From a bacterium (GTDB lineage: Bacteria; Desulfobacterota; DSWW01), in the NCBI GenBank assembly GCA_040756235.1, contig JBFLZG010000148.1, positions 1 to 32,352 of the forward strand: a stretch of 32,352 nt of DNA, in the 5' to 3' direction. The position numbers were made by a program, and so were the translations under genes. How positions within the stretch are numbered: position 1 is the stretch's first letter; each line of letters begins with the position of its first letter. Below are positions 25,365-32,352 of this stretch, piece by piece. The notes beneath the pieces were generated by a model. It worked only from the letters and a program-made list of their open reading frames with translations, did no database searches and had not been told where the DNA came from.

Positions 25365-26777
25365 CTACGGGATCGGCTCGGTGTGCACCACCACTTCCGT
25401 CACCTCGGGCAGCCAGGACCGGACCTTCTCCTCCACTCGCGTGGCGATCGCGTGGACCTTCTCCATGGAAAGCTCCCTGGCTACACAAATGCGGCAGCTG
25501 ATCAGGGTGCCCGAGCCGAGTCGGTGCCTCCTGAGCTCGTTCAGATCCAGCACCAGCGGGTCCTCCAGGATCCGCGCGCGCAGCGCCCCCAGCTCCGCTT
25601 CTCTCAGCTCGTCCTGGCTCCCGCGGGACACTCCGTCGGCGATCTCCATGTGGGTTTCCACCTGGGCGAGCTCCGGGATCTCCTCTTTCAGGGCCTCCTC
25701 CAGCCGGTCCATCAACGCATGCGCCTGCTCGAAAGTCAGCTCCGGCGCGACCTTGGCGTGCAGGCTCAGGAAGTAACGGCCGCTCTTCTCATCCCGGTAG
25801 GCAGAGACGTTGTGCACGTCCTCGATCCCGGCAAAGCGCTTGGACACGGCCCGGGCCGCGTCCCGCACCGTCTCGTTGGTGGCCGTCGGGTGGAGATGCA
25901 CCACCACGTCGCTTTCCGGAACGAGCCCCCTGATCTCCGCTTCGATGCGGTCGGCAAGCCGATCCGCCTGGTCCAGGGACAGGAGGCGGCTCGCCTCGGC
26001 GACCAGGTCCACGAAAGTCGATGCCCCGGCCCGGCGCACGCGCACCGGGCCGGCGCTTTCCACCCCCGAGACCGCCGCCACCTGCTTCCGAATGTCCTGG
26101 GCGAGCCCCTTCGGGGCGGTGTCCAGAAGGTCGTGCACGGCGCGCACGCTCAGCCGCACGCTGGCGAAGGCCACGAGCGCCGCCACACCGAGCGCGGCCA
26201 CGGGATCCAGGATCGGGTACCCGTAGCGGGTCCCGATCAGGCCTGCGATGACGACCGCGGAGGACAGGATATCCGAGGAATAGTGCAGCGCGTCCGCTTC
26301 GAGCGCCTGGGACCCGTATCTGCGGGCGCCGGCGTAGAGGGCTCGCGAAATGATCACGTCGAGGACTACGGAAAGACCCATGACGAAAAAAGACCAGAAG
26401 GTCGCCTCGACTTCCACCTTCTTGCCGCCGGCGAGCCGCGCGACGGCTTCGTGGACCACCCAGACACAGGTAGCCAGAAGCAGGAGCGCCTCCACGAGGG
26501 CCGATATGTTTTCGACTTTTCCGTGCCCGTAGGTGTGGGACTCGTCGGCCGGCCGGCTGGAGATGCGCACGGAGAAGAACGTGATGACCGCGGCGCCCAG
26601 GTCGAAAAGCGAGTGGAGCGCCTCGGAAAGGATGCCCAGGCTTCCGGTGACGAGACCCACCACGAGCTTGGTCGCGGTGAGCACGACGCCGACGAGCACG
26701 GAGAACGCCGCGAGCAGATTCTTGCGGCGGGCCCGGTCCGCGGGCCTGACCTGGATGTGGGAAGCGCTCTCGTTCAT
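25365..26777 (-). CDS. Cation diffusion facilitator with three tandem C-terminal dimerisation domains
   Basis: SEALHSLFD, HTYGHGKVE and ADALHYSSD. Three repeats end in VHLHP, THMEI and VHTEP. Start at 26777 chosen because the upstream sequence is repeat DNA. Confidence 0.9.
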   Translation of the reverse strand: MNESASHIQVRPADRARRKNLLAAFSVLVGVVLTATKLVVGLVTGSLGILSEALHSLFDLGAAVITFFSVRISSRPADESHTYGHGKVENISALVEALLLLATCVWVVHEAVARLAGGKKVEVEATFWSFFVMGLSVVLDVIISRALYAGARRYGSQALEADALHYSSDILSSAVVIAGLIGTRYGYPILDPVAALGVAALVAFASVRLSVRAVHDLLDTAPKGLAQDIRKQVAAVSGVESAGPVRVRRAGASTFVDLVAEASRLLSLDQADRLADRIEAEIRGLVPESDVVVHLHPTATNETVRDAARAVSKRFAGIEDVHNVSAYRDEKSGRYFLSLHAKVAPELTFEQAHALMDRLEEALKEEIPELAQVETHMEIADGVSRGSQDELREAELGALRARILEDPLVLDLNELRRHRLGSGTLISCRICVARELSMEKVHAIATRVEEKVRSWLPEVTEVVVHTEPIP

Positions 26778-26819
26778 GCTCGCATCCGTCGCGGGTCCTT
26801 TTGCGCCATTCGGGCGCAG

Positions 26820-27460
26820 CCCGGAATCCGGTCCCTGCACCACGCAATTGCCGTTGTCCCTGGGGCAGGCTCCTGCATCCCGGGAAGGGCGCCAGCATGC
26901 GTCGCCCCGACAAGGGCGGCTTCGCTGGCGCAGCAAGCAGCGCGCGTGCAAAGCCGGGTAGAACCGCTGGCCGGGTTGGCAATATGGCACGGCTATACAG
27001 GCTGGAATCCAGCCGCTACTCCCTGTCTTTCCGTCACCCCGGCGCAGGAGGCTGTGTCATAAATCCGGTCAGACCCTCGTGCGACCACTCATTCCGGAGG
27101 ACTCGGAGGCGCGGCCGCATGATTTCCGTCATTCCGGCGAAGGCCGGAATCCAGCCCCTGCGCCCAGTTACCACAGCGGGTCTTGCTGCACCCTTCTGGA
27201 TCCCGGCTCGCACGCGCTCCGCAGCGGGGCCGGGATGACGGAATATGACACGACACCCGCTGCGCGGGTCAGGGTGAGGGGGAACCATGAGTCACCCCTC
27301 ATCCTGACCTTCTCCCCTCGGCGAGGGGAGAAGGCATGAAGAATCGACACCCCCGTTACCGGGGGATCGATATGCTCGCGATGCTCGCGGGCGACGCATG
27401 CGTCGCCCCTACAAGAGGTGATCGGCTCGCATGCGCTCCGCAACCGGGCCAGGATGACGA
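26820..27460. repeat. Cluster of several REP/MITE-like palindrome families
   Basis: GTAG REPs (27389-27412, degenerate at 26887-26911), GTCATTCCGGCGAAGGCCGGAATCCAG units (27128-27154), CTGGATCCCGG...GATGACG units (27194-27240, 27423-27459) and CCCCTCATCCTGACCTTCTCCCC hairpins (27266-27334). Confidence 0.8.
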
Positions 27461-27513
27461 AATAAGACACTGCCTCTTGCGCGGGAATGACGTCCCCCTA
27501 TTCCGCGCGCCTT

Positions 27514-28728
27514 CTACTTCAGCTCCTTGCGCGAGTAGCCGAGCAGGTTCCTGGCGACCACGAGCTGCTGGATCTGCTGCGTCCCCTCGAAGATGTCGTT
27601 GATCTTGCAGTCCCGGGCCCACTTCTCGACCAGCCATTCGCGGGAATAGCCGAGGGGCCCCAGGAGCGCCACGCAGCGCTGGGTGATCTGCGATCCCATG
27701 CGGCCGGCCTTGGCCTTGGACATGGAAGCCTCCATGGCGTTCGGCCGATTGTTGTCGCCCATCCAGGCCGCTCTCCAGACGAGCAGGCGCATGGCTTCCA
27801 GCTCCGCCTCCATCACGAGGATCTCCCTCTCGACCGCCCCGAGCGCGTGCTTGCCCGGCCCGTACCGGAACCGGAAGCCTTCCTCCTCGAGCTGGCTCTT
27901 GGTGAACTCGAGCGCGGCCCTCGCGCAGCCGAGCGCCATGGAAGCCACCATGGGCCGCGTGTTGTCGAAGGTCTTCATCACGCCCTTGAACCCCTGCGGC
28001 TTCTTCTCGCCCTTGCTCGCACCGAGCAGGTTGTCCCGGGGGATGCGTACGTTGTCGAAGACGATCGAGGCCGTGTCCGAGGCGCGGATCCCGAGCTTGT
28101 GCTCGAGCTTGGTCACCGTGACCCCGGGCCGGTCCTTCTCCACGATGAAGCTGCGGATGCCGGCCTTGCCGGAGGCCCTGTCCACCGTGGCCCAGACCAC
28201 GACGATGTCGCACTGGCGCCCGTCCGTGACGAAGATCTTCTCGCCGTTGATCACCCACTCGTCTCCGTCCAGCACGGCGGTCGTGGTGATGGCGCCCGAG
28301 TCCGAACCGGCGCCGGGCTCGGTGATGGCCATGGCGGCGAACTTGTCGCCGAAGCGCGCGAACTGCTCGGGCGTGGCCACGGCCGCAATGGCGTGATTCC
28401 CGAGGCCGCTGCCCGGCATCGCGATCATGAGGCCGAGATCGCCCCAGGCCATCTCTTCGGTGCCCACCACGGCGACCATGGTCTGGCCGACCCGGTTCTC
28501 GGTCTCGGCCCGGGGCTCGGCCGGTGCCGCCGGGTCCTTGTCCTTCTTCTTCGCCCTGCCGGACCTCGCCGACTGAGACATCATCTGGCCCAGGAACTGG
28601 ATCTCCTCGGCCTTCGCGTGCTCCTGCTCGTCGTATTTCCTGGCGACCGGCCGGAACACGTCCTTGGCGATTCCGTGCGTCGCCTCGCGCACCATCTTCA
28701 GGTCAGGGGGAAGCTCGAAATCGATCAT
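27514..28728 (-). CDS. Acyl-CoA dehydrogenase (FadE23-like, catalytic Glu present)
   Basis: AMAITEPGAGSD, GEKIFVT, KLGIRASDT and DIFEGTQQIQ motifs. Confidence 0.92.
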   Translation of the reverse strand: MIDFELPPDLKMVREATHGIAKDVFRPVARKYDEQEHAKAEEIQFLGQMMSQSARSGRAKKKDKDPAAPAEPRAETENRVGQTMVAVVGTEEMAWGDLGLMIAMPGSGLGNHAIAAVATPEQFARFGDKFAAMAITEPGAGSDSGAITTTAVLDGDEWVINGEKIFVTDGRQCDIVVVWATVDRASGKAGIRSFIVEKDRPGVTVTKLEHKLGIRASDTASIVFDNVRIPRDNLLGASKGEKKPQGFKGVMKTFDNTRPMVASMALGCARAALEFTKSQLEEEGFRFRYGPGKHALGAVEREILVMEAELEAMRLLVWRAAWMGDNNRPNAMEASMSKAKAGRMGSQITQRCVALLGPLGYSREWLVEKWARDCKINDIFEGTQQIQQLVVARNLLGYSRKELK

Positions 28729-28829
28729 GGCTCTTCTCCTCGTCTACACCCTTCGGTAATTGGATGCGATGAAAACGGCTCTCATTCGACTGCGCACACC
28801 CTCGGGCGCGCGGTCCCGTCGCTCCCGTG

Positions 28830-29939
28830 TCAGACGATGGCCAGGCCGTCCAGGACCTCGATGCCTCGCCCGTTGCGGAACCAGAGCTCCACCGGGTGCT
28901 CGCGGATGTAGCCATGGCCGCCGAGGACCTGCACACCGTTGTTCGTGATCGCGGCCGAGTATTCCCCCGCGTACAGCTTGGCAAGACACGCATCGCGCGT
29001 GCAGTCCTCCCCGCGGTCCGCCTGCCAGGCCGCTTTCCAGGCCATGAAGCGCATGGCGTCGGTCTCGATGGCCATGTCCGCCAGCATGAAGGCGATGGCC
29101 TGGCGGCTGGCGATCGGCTCCCCGAACTGGACCCGCTCCCTGGCGTAATTGGCCGCGTAATCCTTGGTGGCGTTGCACACTCCTGCGGCCATGGCGGTCC
29201 AGGCGATCCGTGAGAGGTTCAGGAGCCGCTGGAAGTCGCAGCCCCGGGGGCCGCCCAGCCGGTTTTCCAGCGGCACCCGGCAGCCCGCGAGGGTGACCTT
29301 GTGGAGCTCCAGGGCGTTCAGGCCCATGTACGGCTCGCGCTCGCCGACTTCCAGGCCCTGGGTGCCCTGCTCCACGATGAAGGCCTGGATCCCCCCGATT
29401 CCCGCTCCCGGAGCCGCGGAAGCGTAGACCAGAAACAGATCGGCGCGCCCGGCGTACGGCACCAGGCATTTCCGGCCTTCCAGCACGTACTCGTTCTCCT
29501 CGCGCCGGACCGTGGTCTTCAAGTCCGTGGCATCAAAGGTCACGCGCGGCTCCATGAGGGCCGAGGTCGCAAACTTGAACTGCTCGGTGCAGAAGCCGGG
29601 CAGGTACTTCCTCTTCTGCTCGTCCGTGCCCATCTCGAGGACCGGGTAGGCGAACAGGGTCGGGCTGAGCATCGCCACGGCGAGCCCGAGGTCGCCGCAG
29701 GCCAGCTCCTCCGCGATCAGCGCCCCGGTCAGGGCCGAACGCTCGTAGCCGTAGCCGCCGCAATCCTCGGGGATGGCGTTGGCCACGAGGCCCAGCTCCC
29801 AAAACTTGGCGAGGAGGTCTTCCGGGATGGTCTTCTTCTCCTCGCAGTCATGGGCGTTCGGGCGCACGAGCCCGGCCGAGAACCGCCGCACCGTCTCCAC
29901 GATCTGCCGCTGCTCTTCGCTCGGACTGAAGCTGATCAT
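28830..29939 (-). CDS. Acyl-CoA dehydrogenase family protein (FadE24-like, probable partner subunit)
   Basis: EELACGD, ALMEP, RVQFGEPIASRQAIAF, QVLGGHGYIREHPVE. Ends at VLDGLAIV. ATG at 29939 after AAGGAG. Confidence 0.9.
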   Translation of the reverse strand: MISFSPSEEQRQIVETVRRFSAGLVRPNAHDCEEKKTIPEDLLAKFWELGLVANAIPEDCGGYGYERSALTGALIAEELACGDLGLAVAMLSPTLFAYPVLEMGTDEQKRKYLPGFCTEQFKFATSALMEPRVTFDATDLKTTVRREENEYVLEGRKCLVPYAGRADLFLVYASAAPGAGIGGIQAFIVEQGTQGLEVGEREPYMGLNALELHKVTLAGCRVPLENRLGGPRGCDFQRLLNLSRIAWTAMAAGVCNATKDYAANYARERVQFGEPIASRQAIAFMLADMAIETDAMRFMAWKAAWQADRGEDCTRDACLAKLYAGEYSAAITNNGVQVLGGHGYIREHPVELWFRNGRGIEVLDGLAIV

Positions 29940-30011
29940 GACCTTCACTCCTTTTGAAAGGTGTCCCAGTATCAGCTCTCGGAATCGCTCTGCTCGTGGC
30001 TCCGCTCTGCT

Positions 30012-31526
30012 TCAGGCCCGGGAAGCCCCCAGCCGGAAGACGTTGATCCCCCGGTTCGAGTCATGCCGGACTTTCCCCTTGTCGCCGATCACCTCGCGGG
30101 AGACCATCTCTCGGAGGGTCGCCGGGTCGTCCTCGACCCGGGCCGCGAATCTCGCACCGCCCTCCGTCCTTGCGATCACGAACCCGTGGACGGGCTCGTC
30201 TCCCTCGTAGATCGCGGTGTAAGTCTCGATGGTCCCCTCCCCTTCCGCTCTCTCCAGGACCGCAGGCGGCCGCAGGGAGCGGATCTCCCGGAAGAACGGC
30301 TCCGGGTCGACCGGCCTCCATCCGCCGGCCGCGGGCACGGACCGGTAGACGCCGAAGGCGTTCTTGTGGAAGTACCAGCTCAAGCCGTGGACCAGGCCCG
30401 CCTTCCCCGGATGGGCGCGCAGGACCTCCGCCATGCGGCAGATGGCGTGAAGAACGTAGTTGTTGCCGGGCCCCCCGAAATAGGGCAGGCCGCCGGTCAC
30501 GGTGAGCGGCCTGGGATCGTGCTCGCGCATGCCCAGGGCCGCGCGCACGATCCGGGGAGCGCTGGGAAAGCAGCTGTACAGCTCCAGGAAATCCACCTCG
30601 TCCAGCGCCATGCCGGCCTGGTGGAGGGCGATGTCCGCCGCCGCCTTCGCGCCAGGCGACGAGTGGAAGCTCTCGCGGCAGGTGAAGTGCCAGATATCGC
30701 AGGCGTCGGCCCCGCCGACCGGAAAGACCCACTTCTCCTCCGGCACCCTCCAGCGCCGGGCCGTGGCGACGTTCGTGAGGATGACGGCCGCGCCCTGGTC
30801 CACGTGGATCATCGCGCACATATGCTTGGTGAAGGGGAAAGCCACCATGCGGTTGGCGGGCGAGACCGTGGTGATCTGCTCGGGCGTGCGGGGCTCCCGG
30901 AACCACGCAAAGGGATTGTCCGCGGCGACCCGGCTCATGGCCGAGCAGACCTCGCCGATCTCTCTTGCCTCTTCCTCCAGGGTCTGCCGCCGGCGGTGCC
31001 GGAAGGCGTTCTCGAACATGGCGTAGACGTACGCGGGCCGATACCAGTCGTATTTCTGCTCCGCTTCCGAGAAGGCCCGCCGCGTCTCGCCGACCTTGTC
31101 CGGGCACTCCGGCTCGGGCTGCCAGGGGACCGCCCCGGACAGCTCCCGGGCAAGGGTCTGCGAGCAGAAAGCCTCGGCGCCGCAGATGAGCGCGGCGCCC
31201 ACGCTGCCCTCGGCGATCTTGCCGGCCAGCTCGGTCACGAGCCACTGCGGGTTGCAGCCGCCGATGCCGGTGTACCACTTCCGAGCCGGTTGCGCGCCGA
31301 TGCCCTCGGCGACCCTGCCGGCAGGGTCCGTGTACTTCCAGGAGACCACGTTCACGACGGCGATCGTGTCCACCCGCGCGAGCAGGCCTGCGGCTCCGGA
31401 GTCCGCGCCGGCCGCCCTGGCCGCGCGGATCATCAGCTCGACCGGGTGCCGGATCTCCTCCAGCGTCGAGGGCCGCTGGGTGACCTGTCCGAACCCCACG
31501 ATCACGGGCGTACGTTCAAGGTCCAT
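30012..31526 (-). CDS. Acetyl-CoA acetyltransferase-like (thiolase-like protein TLP1 type, with extra C-terminal domain)
   Basis: PVIVGFGQ, NRMVAFPFTK, VDQGAA, LYSCFPSA, LTVTGGLPYFGGPGNNY, and a C-terminal IETYT domain. Confidence 0.85.
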   Translation of the reverse strand: MDLERTPVIVGFGQVTQRPSTLEEIRHPVELMIRAARAAGADSGAAGLLARVDTIAVVNVVSWKYTDPAGRVAEGIGAQPARKWYTGIGGCNPQWLVTELAGKIAEGSVGAALICGAEAFCSQTLARELSGAVPWQPEPECPDKVGETRRAFSEAEQKYDWYRPAYVYAMFENAFRHRRRQTLEEEAREIGEVCSAMSRVAADNPFAWFREPRTPEQITTVSPANRMVAFPFTKHMCAMIHVDQGAAVILTNVATARRWRVPEEKWVFPVGGADACDIWHFTCRESFHSSPGAKAAADIALHQAGMALDEVDFLELYSCFPSAPRIVRAALGMREHDPRPLTVTGGLPYFGGPGNNYVLHAICRMAEVLRAHPGKAGLVHGLSWYFHKNAFGVYRSVPAAGGWRPVDPEPFFREIRSLRPPAVLERAEGEGTIETYTAIYEGDEPVHGFVIARTEGGARFAARVEDDPATLREMVSREVIGDKGKVRHDSNRGINVFRLGASRA

Positions 31527-31983
31527 CGGTGCTCCCTTCTCGGGAAATCTCGTCTCCGAGGCCCTCGCTCTCGCGTTCCCGCCCGCTCCTTTCCGGTGCC
31601 GATTGCCCGGCGTCGGACCGCGGGGCCGCGGCCGCCGTCACCCGCCTGCACCGGATCTCGCTTCCCTCGGGGAGGAGAACCGTGAGAGCGTCGCCCTGGA
31701 GCACGTAGGGGTACTCGATCGTGCCGCATTCCTCGTGCACGCGGATCGCGCCCGGAACGAGGGAGTAGCCGGAGCCCAGGCCGTCGAAGACGAGCACACC
31801 GTCCGACCGGAAGCCGAGCTCCGCGGCCCCGTATTCGCCCGTGCACTCCCAGTCGCCGAGGAGGGCCGAAGCGGGCGTTCCGGTCCTGCCCGTCTCTTCG
31901 GATCGTAACGACGGAAGAAGAAGGAAGAGGGGGAGCGATCCCCACAGGAGGCAGACGATCACGGGTCCGGGGCTCGTCCTCAT
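31516..31983 (-). CDS. Hypothetical exported/membrane-anchored protein (lipocalin-like beta motif)
   Basis: SD GGAGGTGA, N-terminal hydrophobic segment, LLGDW...F..DG...Y pattern. Overlaps the thiolase start by 11 nt. Confidence 0.55.
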   Translation of the reverse strand: MRTSPGPVIVCLLWGSLPLFLLLPSLRSEETGRTGTPASALLGDWECTGEYGAAELGFRSDGVLVFDGLGSGYSLVPGAIRVHEECGTIEYPYVLQGDALTVLLPEGSEIRCRRVTAAAAPRSDAGQSAPERSGRERESEGLGDEISREGSTDGP

Positions 31984-32114
31984 GGCAATCCGGTCACCTC
32001 CCGGGCGCCCGGGAATTCTCGGAGGCTTCGAGCGCCTTCCGAGATCATAAGGAAATCGCGGGCAAAGGCAAACCGGCCACGAGCATGCCCACCGGCCTGC
32101 CCTCGGGCCTACCG

Positions 32115-32154
32115 GAAGAAAGAAAGAGGGTGGGACTTGCATCCCACCCTCTTT
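32115..32154 (-). terminator. Probable intrinsic terminator
   Basis: Perfect 13-bp stem aaagagggtggga/tcccaccctcttt (32123-32154), followed on the minus strand by CTTTCTT. Confidence 0.65.
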
Positions 32155-32183
32155 GGGTCCCATCGACCCACCCCACCCCCCCA

Positions 32184-32343
32184 AGAGGCTGTCGATAAAC
32201 GCCCATCTGCGGCGTTGCGCTCATCGGAGAGTGTGGCGGGGGGAGCCTGCCCCGGCGACGGCCGGGGTCCACCGTGACTCCCGCTTAGCCTCATTCCTCG
32301 GGATCTCGCGCGCCTTGCATCTGGGCATTTCTCAACAGCCTCT
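32184..32343. mobile_element. MITE-like element with terminal inverted repeats
   Basis: agaggctgtcgataaa at the left end matches the reverse complement of the right end (agaggctgttgagaaa) at 14/16. Pairing extends inward (gccca/tgggc). No transposase ORF. Confidence 0.65.
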
Positions 32344-32352
32344 CAAGTGGGT

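Noticed and set aside
26985..27000. Sigma54-like TGGCACG (and CAGCATCTAAGTTGCA at 11386-11401)
   Set aside because: The first lacks the -12 GC and the second lacks the invariant -24 GG.
4563..27460. Repeats as a CRISPR array
   Set aside because: No regular repeat-spacer periodicity and no cas genes.
26778..27602. CDF N-terminal extension and several short ORFs (VIPAKAGIQ-type)
   Set aside because: Translations of REP palindromes.

Overview
GC-rich bacterial chromosomal window, probably from a deltaproteobacterium-type organism (inferred from gene content and repeat families). It has no transposase, phage, CRISPR, rRNA or tRNA genes that I can recognise. Left to right: (1) nth, divergent from a spore-photoproduct-lyase-like radical SAM / LpxL-type acyltransferase / orphan ParB-like unit. 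(2) A minus-strand prkA-yeaH-spoVR operon. (3) A cytidylate-kinase-like-BON gene. (4) Two tandem paralogous membrane micro-ORFs (29 and 47 aa) that the ORF track misses. (5) A ThDP enzyme / gamma-carbonic anhydrase / DUF2889 unit. (6) A long minus-strand run containing trkH, trkA, an SDR, an Fe-S flavoprotein, a PHP metallohydrolase lipoprotein, a Ca2+/H+ exchanger, PiT, DUF47, a CDF with three C-terminal domains, a probable heteromeric acyl-CoA dehydrogenase pair, a thiolase-like protein and an exported hypothetical protein. Intergenic DNA carries several REP/MITE-like palindrome families, some nested in each other. Best leads: the NWPLxG microprotein pair, the SPL-like enzyme with its H-transfer residues replaced next to an orphan ParB, a UBA-like insert in YeaH, and the phosphate/cation operon.
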